The notes beneath the pieces are model-generated. The model was not told where the DNA came from and searched no databases. It was given only the letters and a program-made list of their open reading frames with translations. Positions 12,327-26,494 of a stretch of DNA of 64,000 nucleotides are shown piece by piece. The translations under genes and the position numbers were made by a program. Position 1 is the stretch's first letter, and each line of letters opens with the position of its first letter. Source of the DNA: Octopus vulgaris (taxonomy: Eukaryota); contig OX597816.1 in NCBI GenBank assembly GCA_951406725.2, positions 139,128,001-139,192,000 of the forward strand. The letters are read 5' to 3'.

Positions 12327-12469
12327 ATGTGAGCGAGTATGTGTATTTGTGTGCTTGTGTGTATGTGTGTGTATACATGCATACATATGCAAATATAATG
12401 TCATATAAATGCATGTTTCTGTATACGGGGAAGCTTGTCTATCACATACGCTAGATGGATAGATGGACG

Positions 12470-12548
<79 letters not shown>

Positions 12549-13304
12549 TGATAGATAGACATGTGTTATAATTCGCTTAAAGTGTTGTGAAACATCTTTT
12601 AGGAAGCTCACAGGATGCAAACGGCATTACATATAAATAAAAGAAAAATAACAATCACAGAGAAAACAATATGTTACCATTTAAATATTAATATTACGGT
12701 ATATTTCGTGTAACGTACCTTTCGGTAGAGTAAATTAGCTACCAAAGGAAGAGAATGATTTAAATTGTCATTCGGTTAAAGAAATGTAATTGAACAGACG
12801 ATTAATTCATGAATGATGTTAAATTCTCGTATAGACATTAATTCATGAATTAATTGTCCTTTCATAACAAGGAAAATGTGTAATTTATAGGTTTCTTTTT
12901 ATACGAAATTTATCGATGTAATTGCTTGAAACTGATAAAACTGCATATCATTGAATACAAAAGTACTAATATCACTACCAATACCACCACCACCACTGCG
13001 GTAAATACAACACAAAATTTATGATGTGAACAAATATTCTAATATCTTATTTACTAGAATTACCACCTAAACGTTGGATGAGATAGCGGCCAATATCATT
13101 TTCAAACAGAGGCGTGACAGCACTACATTACAAAAATGTGTACCTCTCTGTACCCCAGGAATTTATTTAAAAGCAATCAAGGCGGAATGTAACATAGCTC
13201 TGCTTCATGAAAAATTAGGGGAGATTTCCGTGTGCTCTCAAGGAAACAGTTAAGACTTACATGATGTGTCTTCCATTGATACGGTTTATGGCACATATAT
13301 GTGT

Positions 13305-13580
13305 GTGCCGGACCAATATTGAGGATGAGGTAAGAAATCAGAGTGAAGGATTGCTCAAAAATCTCCTCTTATACTGATAACAATATACAAACGATGAGAT
13401 AACTGGAGGGTCACAACGCCAGGAATTCGTAGTCACATTTTCATAAGAATCGAATTGCCAATTCTGTACAAGACATTGTAGATCTTTGGCTGGGCTAAAA
13501 AGTCACATTCGATCACAGCATCAGTAACAGTTAAGCTACGTACAATGGCCATACTCGATAACGAGGGGGTAGCCATAATG
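13305..13580 (+). mobile_element. RTE-clade LINE 3' fragment (C2H2 finger plus 3' UTR)
   Basis: 13453-13527 translates NCQFCTRHCRSLAGLKSHIRSQHQ*. The 3' end ATGGCCATACTCGATAACGAGGGGGTAGCCAT parallels the RTE end at 15066-15097. Confidence 0.7.
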
Positions 13581-14029
13581 TATGTATGTATGTATATTAT
13601 ATATATATTTAATAGATTTTAAATAATAAATTATATTTAAATAAACACTCCGTGAAAGATAAAATTAAAATTAAATTAAAATAAAATTAAAATTAAAATT
13701 AAACAGAGAAATAAATGTTAAAGTGTAACGCACCCTCACCATTTGAAAATAATCTAGCTCCATACATATGATACATAGTGGAATAGTAACCCCATTAAAA
13801 ATGCATAACAATTGAAGTCTTTTTTAAAATATATAAACTACCCAAACTAACAACAAATAAGATTAACACATCTAATTAAATAAAAAATTGTAATAATAAT
13901 AAGACTTTTAATTCTCACAATTAAATAAGTAAAAGTTAAATAATTATATAGATTTGGATACTTACTAATGTATATATTTTTATCTTTATTTTTATTCTTC
14001 TGAGTAGGGAGAACAGTGACAACCAGCCT

Positions 14030-14233
14030 CTAAAAAATTGCTTGGGTCAATTTTTCCAGTTGAAATCGGGTGATTTTTACCAACAAGGTATTCAAAATCT
14101 TGTTGAACGTTGGGAAGAAGTTGTAAACAACAAGGGTGAATATATTATTGATGAATTAATTGTTATTTTTTATTAAACCTTCAAAAAAATTTAAATTTTA
14201 AAAAACGGCGGGGATTTAGTTGCCAACCCAATA
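14030..14233 (+). mobile_element. Mariner transposase C-terminal fragment plus right TIR
   Basis: Translates KNCLGQFFQLKSGDFYQQGIQNLVERWEEVVNNKGEYIID (typical mariner C-terminus). TIR-like AAAAACGGCGGGATTTAGTTGCCAACCCAATA ends in TA. Confidence 0.85.
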
Positions 14234-14406
14234 TATACACACACATATACATATGGTGATATATAAATATATCTTCAATGTATCATATGCTCTCTCTATA
14301 TATGTATGAATGTATGTATGTTAATGTGCATGTAGAAATATAAATATATACACATGTATGTATGTATGGATATAAAAAGGAATACAAAAAATGGGTCATA
14401 TATATA

Positions 14407-14515
<109 letters not shown>

Positions 14516-14619
14516 ATGTGTGTGCATATGTATATGTATGTATACATATTTACATACATTAATACATTAATATGCATATATACACACATACACACACATA
14601 AATCTGTATAGAAGGGTGT

Positions 14620-15100
14620 ATGTATAAGCACCGGTTACGTTGGACTGGACATCTTATGAGAATGAAGGATAGCAGGATTCCTAAGCAGATGCTCTATGGA
14701 GAACTTGTGAATGGAAGGAAACTCCGGCAGAAACCAAGGCTGCGATTTAAGGACTGTGTGAAGTCCACATTAAAGGCCTGTGATATGCAGGACACTGACT
14801 GGGAGAACAATGCCTGTCATTGCCACAGATGGAGGAAGCAGGTTAAGGAGGGGATCGACACTTTTAAGAGAGCACGTATCCAGCATGAAGAACTTAAGCG
14901 AGCTCCGCGAAAGCGCAGGCCTCGTATAGTGAATGGAGAAAGCTTGGTCTGCAATGTTTGCAGTCGTGTATGCTTGTCAAGAGCAGGGCTCATTAGCCAC
15001 CAACGGAGCCGCAAATGCAAAATATAAGTTAGTCCTAGAGCGTACAATGTTCCTGAAGGTCGGCAATGGTCTTCCTCGGTCACGAGTGGACGGCCATCAT
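14620..15100 (+). mobile_element. RTE-clade LINE 3' end (post-RT region, C-terminal C2H2 finger, 3' UTR), 5'-truncated
   Basis: ORF 14620-15027 reads RLRWTGHLMRMKDSRIPKQMLYGEL..KPRLRFKDCVKSTLK..CNVCSRVCLSRAGLISHQRS. Short 3' UTR with a stem-loop. Confidence 0.9.
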
Positions 15101-15244
15101 ATATATATATATATGTAAAAATGTGTTACTTATACTGCATAATACATTTATTTACATACTACACTACAATAAACAATTCCGCGCTACACTACAGAGCAAA
15201 TTATGTTACTACATATATAGTGAAGTTGCACATAGATGTTGTCA

Positions 15245-15592
15245 TAGCTGTGTGGCTAAGAAACTCGCTTTGCAATCTCCTGGCTTCAGGTTCAGTCCGA
15301 GCTCCTTGGGTGACTGTCTTTTATAGGCCCCGTCGACCAGTGACTGTGGGTGAATTTGGTAGATGAAAAACTACACATATGTGTGTGTCTTGGTTTTTTT
15401 ATGGTGTAATCATCTCCACTACCGCTTGACAATCGACTTTGGTTTGTTTATGTCCCCGTAGCCTAGCGGTTCAGCAACGGCGCCGGAAAGAATAAGTTCC
15501 AGACTTAAAATATAGCTTGGGATCGATTTGTTCGACTAAATCTTCCAAAGCGGTACTCTAGCATTGATGCAGTCGAATGACTGAAGCAAATA
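15245..15592 (+). mobile_element. Old SINE family B
   Basis: Colinear degenerate match to 20103-20512. Confidence 0.7.
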
Positions 15593-15620
15593 CAAATAAT
15601 GATAAAAAAAGTTACATTTA

Positions 15621-15815
15621 ATAATCCTTTCTACTATAGACACAAGGCCTGAAATTGTAGGGGAAGGGACTAACAGATTCATCGACCCCAATGTTTCACT
15701 GGTACTTTGTCGACCCTGGAGGGATGTAAGGTGAAGTCGACCCCGGCGGAATTTGAACTCAGAACGTTGAACAGTTTTCCCCGGCGTGCTAACGATTCTG
15801 CCAGCTCGCCACCTT
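15621..15815 (-). mobile_element. SINE family C, tail 2
   Basis: AAGTCGACCCCGGCGGAATTTGAACTCAGAACG...GCCAGCTCGCCACCTT; imperfect TSD AAAG(A)TTACATT. Confidence 0.8.
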
Positions 15816-16040
15816 AAAGATTACATTACACAATAAAATTAACAATATACTATATGCTGCAAAGTAAAATTCTTTTATTATTCAACATAGTAAAGTTACA
15901 GCTACATTACAATATGACACTGGGTGTAGGAAAACAGTACTGACCTTTAACGCCGAAGCCTTTCATAAACAGTACCGCCGGTATGAAATACAATACAAAA
16001 CCAGTCTGACAAATATTTCACTATGCATACACACACACAC

Positions 16041-16337
16041 TGGCACTCCGTCGGTTGCGACGACGAGGGTTCCAGTTGATGCGATGAACGGAACAGCCTG
16101 CTCGTGAAATTAACGTACAATTGGCTGAGCACTCCACAGACACGCGTGTCCTTAAAGTAGTTCTGTGACAAAGCTGGCCCTTTGAAATACAGATACAATT
16201 CATTTCTACCAGTTGAATGGACTGGAGCAACGTGAAATAAAGTGTCTTGCTCAAGGACACAATGCGCTGCCGAGAATTGAACTCACAAACTTACGATCGT
16301 GAACCGATTACCCTAAACACAAAGTCACGCGCCTTCA
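16041..16337 (-). mobile_element. Chimeric SINE: family A head with tail delta
   Basis: Head and body as in 268-420; tail as in 55150-55330 (GTGGAGTGCTCAGCC...CGTCGCAACCGACGGAGTGCCA). Confidence 0.85.
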
Positions 16338-16712
16338 CCAACATGCAATACAACAAAATAAAATGTATTAGAACACAAAATAGTAAACTTGTATTCTATA
16401 TGACATGGTAAACTAACCACATGTTGTCTTACGAGTAAAATGTATTACAACATTACATAGTTAAGTTGCATGGTAATATAAATTTTATTGCATTTCAAAG
16501 TTACAACCGGTATTACACAGTATAACTAACTATACGCTATTCTGCAAAGCAAAATGCGTTATTGAGTTACATTTTAATAGTACACATTGCATCACATAGT
16601 AAAACAAACTACACAACAAATTAAACTCTAATCTAATATCATAGAACTTACTATGCATTATCCCACATAGTAAAATGTCTTATACCACTACATTGTAAAC
16701 ATACATTATACA

Positions 16713-17380
16713 TCGATTTAAATTTTTGCATAGGGCCAGCAGTTTCGTGGGAGGGGGTACGTCGATTACATCGACCCCAGTTTTCAACTGATACTTACTT
16801 TATCGATCCCGAAATGATAAAAGGTAGAGTCGATCTCGATGGGATTTGAACTCGGAGCGTAGAGACAGAAGAAATGTCGCTAGGCATTTTGCCCGGACTG
16901 GTGACGATTCTTATTTCTTTATTACCCACAAGGGGCTACACAAGAGTGGACAAACAACGACAGACAAACGGATTATATCGACTCCAGTGCGTGACTGGTA
17001 CTTATTTAATCACCCCTGAAAGAATGAAAGCAAAGTCGACCTCGGCGGAATTTGAACTCAGAACGTAGCGGCTGATGAAATACAGCTAAGCATTTCGCCC
17101 GGCGTGCTAACGATTCTGCCAGCTCACCGCGTCAAAGTTACGTTCTATACTGAGCAGTGAAACTAAAGCGGTGAGTTAGCAGAATCCTTCGAGAGTCGAG
17201 CAAAGTGATAAGCGGCATATCTACCAGCGCCTACGTTGACTTCATGTCCTCCACTGAGGTCGATTTTGTATTTTACTATTTCGGTGTTAATAAAATAACT
17301 ATCACTCTAGGACTGCGGCCGATGTAATCTACTTTCCTCTTACCTCAAAATTGCTGCCCTTGCGCCGAAATGTGAAGCAT
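16713..17380. mobile_element. Cluster of three SINE C copies (about 16713-16910 minus, 16911-17132 minus, 17165-17380 plus)
   Basis: Each carries the GTCGAC/GAATTTGAACTC core; tails 3, 1 and 3 respectively. Confidence 0.75.
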
Positions 17381-17968
17381 ATTACATAGTAACACTGCAC
17401 GCTACACTATAATGAAAAAGATGCGAGTACACTACATTTTAAAGTTACACATTGCATCATATAGTAGAACAAACTACCCTCCTCACTGCAAAGTAAACTC
17501 TAATGTGTTACAACATATCTAAAACTACGCATTATACTGTAGCCGAAGAGAGATACATCTAAACGATTCCTAGTCCTGCAATCAAATGATTCCGCGTCCT
17601 GCATTCAACTTTCTCTGAAGCCATACACATTCGCACATCAGCTAATGTGAACGTAGATGTACAAATGTCGTGTTAAAATAAGACTGGCTGGTCACGGCTA
17701 GAATGCCTTTATTCATAGGTCAGATCAAACAGTGCTCTCCTGAAGCTAACAATGAGTAAACGCTTTATACCACTCAGTATAAAACTTGTCATCACACGGC
17801 AAACAAAATCTGCCAACATAATCACTATCGTGAGAAACACCAGACTTGATACGCACAGATGTCTATGTATACACACACACACAGAAACAGGCACACAATG
17901 CTCACATATATTTATGCATATACATACATACATACATACATACATACATGCATACATACATACATACA

Positions 17969-18014
<46 letters not shown>

Positions 18015-18194
18015 CATGTTGACACATAGAAAATGTCACGTGTGTATATGTCTGTAGTTGAGTGTTCATGTAAATTAATGTTAGGACGTAAATTGAAAAT
18101 GTAATATTTCTTTGACATTTTAAATATATCACTTTCCTGAAAAAATTAATCTGATATACGAGTCGGCGTAAATGTGTGTATATGTGTGCGCAGC

Positions 18195-18287
<93 letters not shown>

Positions 18288-19365
18288 TGTGTGTATGTAT
18301 ATACACATATATATAAAGATGTAAATGTGTGTGTGTATGTAGGTATATTTGTGTGTTATGCGTGCGTGTGTATTCGTGTAGGTCTATGAAAACGTATGTA
18401 CGTTTTATATATGTGTGCATGTGTGTGTGTGTTTGTGTGTGCATGTATGAAATATTTTCTCACATGCATGCGTAAGACTGCTGAAACACAGGTGCAGTGG
18501 AATCTGTCCTTAAATTTGCTGCAATCTCTGTGAAAATCATATGTCTGGTGAGGGTTGGTGGTGTGAAATCTTGACAAATTTACACTCACCCCGCCTCACC
18601 TCCACTTATGTATACACATGTACACACAATTACATATATACGTATACGCACATGCACATATATAGATAAACATATATATGCATATATATATATATATATA
18701 TTATATTTATCTCTCTTTTTTCATTTTAACAAGGTGAGAAGTGAAATTAAATTAGATACATGTATTTGATTAAAATATGATATCCTTCATTCAACAAACG
18801 CATAGACACATCTGTGACTATGTGATATGTGTGATTGTGAGTGTGAGTGTGTGTTTGTGTGTATGAGTGGATTGTCAACACATGTCAATATAAATGTGTA
18901 ACTACATAAATTTTTTAGGCATTTGAATACACATATATGATTACACACACACGCGAGTTTCTTCTTGTGTGGGAAACTCTGTGTGTGTGTGTTTGTGTTT
19001 GTGTTTGTGTGTGTGTGTGTGTTCGTGTATGTGTGTGTGTAGTAAGCATATATGTGAATGCAAGAGTGTAGAATATGAAGAAGCGAGAAGGCGAGAGATT
19101 TTTTCAATTATTTGGTACGATGGCGAACATGAATTGCAGAACGTTGAATTTTATTTTTTGATAATCTCTGTTCGAATTCTACCGAGTTTGATTTTGCCTT
19201 GTAACCTTTTTGTTTAAATAAACTAATTACAGGTTAAGTATAGGGATTGGTTTAATCGGCTATTCCACTTCAAAGTCGTAAGAAATTAGCATTATGGCTT
19301 TTTGTTATTATCTTTTTTCGTCACCATCATATTTATAAACATACATATATGCACACACACACACA

Positions 19366-19411
<46 letters not shown>

Positions 19412-19460
19412 AGATATAAGAACACATTTATCTATCTACCTAGCTTTCTTTCTCTCTCAT

Positions 19461-19504
<44 letters not shown>

Positions 19505-20102
19505 GACACAGATGTGTGTGCCTTTAGATAAATAGAAACTAATATCGAAACTAATCATATAAGGGATGTATTATGTATTATAATTTTGTTGACAGTTGTT
19601 CCGAAGTTTAAAAACGAAACGTAATCATAAATGAAATACGCAAAGGGATATATCTCAAATGTTTCGTTGATCTGATTGTATGTATTCATGCAGGAATTAA
19701 AGAAAATGATTCTCAATATATTATGTGGAGCTCTATTTATACACAGGCAACCGCTGTTTGCACGGCCATCACTCAAAACGGTGCTTTTATTTACTATTTA
19801 TTATTGTTGCTATCAGTGTTACTTTTGTTGTAGCTCTCGGTGTTATTAATCCCCAGGTTAGTTCTGTTTGAGCTATGTACGTGCTATAGTATACATAGGT
19901 CATAGGTCAAATGACTGTTCCGCAGATACAGCGTTTCACTTGAACTGCAGGGCCACATTATGTATGTTAATAGACTGTGGTTTACCGCAAGGCAAGGAGC
20001 GTCGAATATATAGTTCGTAATAATGTTTCGTGCCCACGCTTCTGCCGTGCTAAATTTTATATATGAAATAATATTTTATTAAATTTTAAAATATTTTCTA
20101 TA

Positions 20103-20512
20103 GGCGCAGGAGTGGCTGTGTGGTAAGTAGCTTGCTAACCAACCACATGGTTCCGGGTTCAGTCCCACTGCGTGACATCTTGGGCAAGTGTCTTCTGCTA
20201 TAGCCCCGGGCCGACCAATGCCTTGTAAGTGGATTTGGTAGACGGAAACTGAAAAGCCTGTCGTATATATTTATATATATATATGTGTATGTATGTGTGT
20301 GTTTGTGTGTCTGTGTTTGTCCCCTACCATTGCTTGACAACCGATGTTGGTGTGTTTACGTCCCCGTCACTTAGCGGTTCGGCAAAAGAGACCGATAGAA
20401 TAAGTACTGGGCTTACAAAGAATAAGTCCCGGGGTCGATTTGCCCGACTAAAGGCGGTGCGCCAGCATGGCCGCAGTCAAATGACTGAAACAAGTAAAAG
20501 AGTAAAGAGAGA
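20103..20512 (+). mobile_element. Full-length young SINE family B (tRNA head, CORE-like domain, internal microsatellite)
   Basis: GGCGCAGGAGTGGCTGTGTGGTAAG (A box), GGTTCAGTCCC (B box), TCTTGGGCAAGTGTCTT, internal (TA)n(TG)n, 3' (AGTAAAAG)n-like tail. Confidence 0.9.
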
Positions 20513-22126
20513 GTATATATATTGCTAGCATACGTTCACAGTCGGAGCCCAGCTCAGATTGTGATTAGATTAACACCTCTTCCGTTTATTAGGCAAATTA
20601 GTGCAATTTAGTAAATCTGTTAACTTAACCAATGAAAGAGATGCTTTTATATACTGAAAAATGTGGTCTATTTCTCCCTCATGCTGGGCCAAAACGGATC
20701 TTTTTCTAATTTACGCACGATTCGTCTGACATTCTAGTGATATGAATGTCGTTGGACAATTTTTCATTTGAATCAGAGCAAGGTTTCTATCAAGCATTGG
20801 TATTCTCATAAACTTTACACATTCATTTATTTTCAATCGTCATTCTGAAAGGACTTTTGCGCCATGTGGCTCTATATATACAGTGAGAATGTATTTCCCA
20901 CACCTCATTGATCACAAATTTTGCTAACATCTCATAGTCTTTCCTTTCTTTATAGTTAATAAAGTTATTATAATATATATTAATTCATTTAATTCTAAAA
21001 TTAGGCTTACATTATAAATAGTGTTTTTCACATTAATTGCTTTAATGCAACGCGCAAGATCTATTTTATGCTTCAATCTCGCCCACAAAGCTAAACAAGT
21101 CCAATCTTTATTGTAAGGCGTACTCTGTGGCAATTTGGGGGATCTATTTTCTTCTCTGTTCAGACTGTTTCCTGTATTAAAAATAAAATAATTGATGGGA
21201 TGTAATTCATATTGATCAGGGACACGAATTTAGATAATTAAGTTGAAGTGTAATGTACTGAATAATGCACTCCTTATTTAACTGAGATTTTCCTTATATT
21301 TGGAGAAAATAAATAAAAATTTGACGACGTATTTATAAATTAATCTATCAAAATATTTACATGATTATGGAAAGGAAATCTGATATCTGTAGAAGAAGGA
21401 TAACTCTGGACACGTTTCGGTCTATTCGACCTAATCCACATAGCATAGTCTAACGATGCTTATCGATCAGCAGGCATAAATTTACATATAAATTAAGTAA
21501 AAGATACGGGTAAATTTTTGGTCAAAAGAATTAATTTAACATACAATACAGAAAAGAATATCACTTAAATAGCTTAATGAAGTTAATACCGGAAATTAAT
21601 CTAAAATATAATGTACTGAAAGTTGTATATTTGTAACTATTGTTTTGCTTAACCCCAAGTCGGCTCCGGTTATGATACTGAACACATATCTTTAAAGCCA
21701 TAAAAAATGTGGTAGGTAGAAAGTATGATGCACTATTTCCGCAGGATGCAGGTGGCCCATACCTTCAGTAGTGGTTTCTTACTGCTGACATTACTTTCCC
21801 GTCATTACTGTTACTTCAGTTTTCTGGATATTACTTCAGATGTAACTGATGTTGTTGTTTCAATTCACACTGCTGCATTGTATATAGAAGATTCGACCTA
21901 GTGACCCCTGAAATAGTTGATGATAATAAAGAAGAAGAAACAGAGAACGGAAGAAAGCGATATTATTTAACAGCAATAATAATAACAATCACAGCAAGAC
22001 AAGCACTCTGTTAATGAGTTTTCCAAATATGTCTAGTTTTCCGAGAATATTAGCATATATACAGCACTCAATAACAGCCATGATTTATATACAAACACAC
22101 ATATATATATATGTACATATACATAC

Positions 22127-22257
<131 letters not shown>

Positions 22258-22297
22258 GATATATATACATACATAAAATATATAGAGATTTATATTT

Positions 22298-22515
22298 ACT
22301 CTTTTACTTGTTTCAGTCATTTGACTATGACCATGCTGGAGCACCGCCTTTAGTCGAGCAAATCGACTCCACGACTTATTCTTTGTAAGCCTAGTACTTA
22401 TACTATCGGTCTCTTATGCCGAACCGCTAAGTCACAATGACGTAAACACACCAGCATCGGCTGTCAAGCGATGTTGGGGGAGGGGACAAACACAGACACA
22501 CAAACATATACACAT

Positions 22516-22546
<31 letters not shown>

Positions 22547-22708
22547 CGACGGGCTTGTTTAAGTTTCCGTCTACCAAATCCACTCACAAGACTTTGGTCG
22601 GTCCGAGGCTATAGTAGAAGACACTTGCCGAAGGTGCTACGCGTAGGACTGAACCCGGAACCATGCGGTTCGTAAGGAAGCTGCTTACCACACAGCCACT
22701 CCTACGCC
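22298..22708 (-). mobile_element. Full-length SINE family B
   Basis: Reverse-complement match to 20103-20512. Confidence 0.9.
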
Positions 22709-22752
22709 TATATATTTACATATATTCATATATATTTATGTGTGTGTGTATA

Positions 22753-23264
22753 TCTATATATATAAAACTGTAGTTGTGTGAGTGTCTATCCCCTTCGATT
22801 TAGATTCCTAACTACTCCCACATTTTGCGGTGCAGTTTAACCAAATTCGGGTATCTTATAGTCGTGATTCATATCGAGCCCGTCTGAGTATTAGCACGCG
22901 TCTACGATGAGTCTACGATTTTAAAAATAATTTAACATCATTTTTTATTCCATTTTAATGCATAATTTTTCGTGTGTCGATGGCGGCGGAGTTGGCATCC
23001 ATGGTCACACCTGCACCTGTTTGCTTCCCCCCTTCTTCCCTCCCTCGTGAAGCTGTGGGGAAGGGTGTGTAAGGAAATCAACGTCGTAAAGCGTTGTCAA
23101 GGAGACCAGCGTTCTTTTAGAACAACGACTTCATGGCTTGAAGACACCAAAACAGAAATGGCTAAGAAAGCCCGAATTGGCATCTATAAGGGAAGTAACT
23201 CTCTAAAAATGCTTATATAGTTATTTCCCTTACAAATCCGAGCAACGCCGGGCGATACTGCTAG
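22753..23264 (+). mobile_element. Non-autonomous Helitron
   Basis: A|TCTATATATATAAAA 5' end; subterminal hairpin CCGAGCAACGCCGG; 3' CTAG|T; A/T insertion site with no TSD. Confidence 0.85.
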
Positions 23265-23337
23265 TATATATATATATTTTTTTCAGGATTAAATAAAAAT
23301 ACAACAAACGGAAAATATGACCTACCTGTATACATTC

Positions 23338-23394
<57 letters not shown>

Positions 23395-23395
23395 T

Positions 23396-23501
23396 GACCT
23401 GCTCGCTTAGCCAGCGGGGTGGCGTCATTCGAAGGCTAAAACAATGCGAACGCATTGTGACCAGCGATGTGTAACAACATCTGATGGCCTGGTCGGTCAC
23501 G
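23396..23501 (+). mobile_element. Isolated SINE tail (tail eta, same as about 39995-40130)
   Basis: CCTGCTCGCTTAGCCAGCGGGGTGGCGTCATTCGAAGG...GGTCGGTCACG. Confidence 0.8.
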
Positions 23502-23506
23502 GAAAT

Positions 23507-23617
<111 letters not shown>

Positions 23618-23996
23618 GTATGTATACACATACACACACGCACATAAATGCACACATACACATACATGTATATAACTAGCACCACTTCAAACTACCACAT
23701 AACGACCGTAACCACACCATCACTACAGCTATGCATTGCACAGCCAACATAACTACTAACAACTAGAACACCTTCAGCATTACCCCACTACCACCACAGC
23801 CACTTCTACATCAAACCACAAATATTTGCAATGTCAGGAAAGATATTTGTCTTATTTCACAGCAGTCTATATTACGGCGTGATATCATATTGTATTGTAA
23901 TTCATCATATCACATGGAAAGCACTGATATACTGTAATATTACCACAAATCGATACATACGTATATACATATATATATATAGATAAACAGATAAAC

Positions 23997-24101
<105 letters not shown>

Positions 24102-24577
24102 CAGACAGACATGTATACGCACATACACACACGTGCACGCATGCGTAAAGTGTTCTTATATTCAACTGTTGAATTCTCAGGGAGGGTAACAAACTTGAAA
24201 AATCTATTATTAATAATTCATTAATTGTGTAAGATATGAAAAATTATCAGCAAGAAAGTCCATTAAGAAATCGTTAAACTGTTTACATTAGCTGAAGAAT
24301 CTTTCAAAATGTCGTTTAGCTGAAATGCCTTTTTCAGATAATAGCAGTAGAAACGGAGACACAGTTCTTTACTACAAGTCTTGGAAAGTGATCAATTAAC
24401 GTGATTTATTTGTCTTGAATATGGCACAGTTGCATCCAAATGCACAGTGCTACACTGATGATAGTATAATAACAACAACGAAAACAATAGTAACAAAAAC
24501 AACAACAACAAGAACAGCAGCAACAACAAGAACAAGAACAACAACAACAACAACAACAACAACAATAATAATAATAA

Positions 24578-24747
24578 TAATCCTTTCTACTAAAGGCACA
24601 AGGCCTGAAATTTGTGGGGAGGGAACTATTCGATTACATCGACCCCAGTGTTTCACTGGTACTTAGTTTATCGATGAAAGGCAAAGTCGACCTCGGTGGA
24701 ATTTGGACTCAGAACGTAATGACGGACGAAATGCCTTGCGGTATTTC
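24578..24747 (-). mobile_element. SINE family C, tail 2, ending in an (AAT)n/(AAC)n tract
   Basis: Core GAAAGGCAAAGTCGACCTCGG; microsatellite at 24470-24580. Confidence 0.8.
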
Positions 24748-26191
24748 GTGCTTATCGACTCTGACTTTCTCCCCGCCTTTCTCCAGCCATAACTTTTCTA
24801 ATTCCTTACGCCCACGGAAATACTGTGTGTTATAAGTTTTATTAATTTTATCTTGATGCATTAATTCATAAATCTTCATAACATTGCTTCATTATATTCA
24901 AGACTTCGGTTATGTCCTTGCCATTGTTCTACAGTAAAGGATGCTTCAACTCTATAGCACGAATTAGTTTCACTTTGCTTAATTATCTCAATTATGTCCT
25001 AGATTTCATGCTCTAGTTTAGGCCTTTGAAAGCATTTTCACGTGGACTGCGCTTAAATATTTCGATTGTATCTCCGTTATTGTTCCACCGTGAAGGATAT
25101 TTCAAATGTAACTCATAATAATGTTTCCAAGCTTTGTTCCACGCTTTATGTTATTGGAATCGTAACACACGAATTGCGTGACATAAATATTATAAATATT
25201 TTTCTTATAACATCACGAAACTACTCATCAAAGGAGAAGGAACAATTGGTTGAAGCAACCACATTAATTAGTGGGTACTTATTATCATTATTGTTTAATC
25301 CCAGATTAGCCCTGTTTGAACAGCTCTTTTAAGAAAAGTATTGCAGCCTTAATCATTGTGTTTATTTTTTATTTTTTCAAGTATAATATATATTAGACTA
25401 CATTATTAGAACTGCCTTTTGTAAAGAATAGTGTGGTTTTTATGAGACTTGCCTGTTCTTGAAGCATCTCTAGCTACCGCGTAGAAAATCTCTCGATGGT
25501 TCTCATAGGACAAACAATTGTTTAAAATCTTCCCTCCTTGCTTGCTGTTATTATTAATGTTGTTGTGCTATTCACTAGCTCTAAGTCAGTCCTTATCGAA
25601 CGAACCAATGATCAAAGATGATCCAGCCACGACCATTTCTTGTTTTGTTTTTCTTTTCTCTTTTTTTTTTTTTTTTGTTTCCAATAGTCAGTGCATCCAG
25701 GACCGCATTTTCCAATGTGTCTTCATTTTCAAGGCGGCCAGATGTGATAGAAAGGAGATTCCGCTTCTATTTCTAGCAGTTCGAGTGAACATATATAGAT
25801 TCTCTTATTGGTGCATCTGTTTTACTGTTATTAGTTAATCTAATAAAAAAATCAGTATTAATAATAATTCATGACAGTTTGTTAGAGTAATTATCCAGCT
25901 GGTTGTAGATGTTATTGTCAAAACTAATAATCCTCTTCCGTATTACAAGCTGTAATCCGTTAATCAAATACAAATCTCCAATTTCTGGTTTATAGATATA
26001 TTTCCCACCAGAGTGCGTCTCTGGTTTTTCTCTTATTGCGTTTTCTTTTGTGAGAACTGATCCTTATTCTGAATATCTGGTAATGTCTAAACTGATGCAA
26101 GACCTGCAACAAATAATAGCTAACATGCCCTCAAATCACATCCTGCTGTCTTATATGGTAAAATATTTCATATAAGCAGACCTAGATGATA

Positions 26192-26349
26192 TGCGCAGGA
26201 CTGATTGCGGGGTATAAAAGCTCGCTTTGCAACCACGTGCTTTCAGGTTCAGTTCAACCCCGCGCCACTTTGGACAAATGTCTTCTACTATTGCCTCCGC
26301 TGACTAATTCTTCGTGACTGAATTTGGTAAACGACAATGTTTAAGCACG

Positions 26350-26389
<40 letters not shown>

Positions 26390-26490
26390 TACGTGCGTGC
26401 TTGTTTGTGTGTGCGTGTCTTTGCACTTGTCACCGACCGCTTGACAACCGTTGTTGATCCCTCTAACTTAGCGGTTTGGCAAAAGTGAAG
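26192..26490 (+). mobile_element. Old SINE family B
   Basis: CTTTGGACAAATGTCTTCTACTATTGCCTC, internal (GT)n, CGCTTGACAACCG. Confidence 0.65.
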
Positions 26491-26494
26491 GTAG

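Noticed and set aside
14620-15027. Host zinc-finger gene exon
   Set aside because: The upstream RLRWxGH..RIPKQ.LYGEL motif and the 3' tail identify an RTE LINE end.
24270-24370. CTGAAGA...GAAAC hammerhead candidate
   Set aside because: Stems I and III cannot be paired adjacent to the core in this copy.
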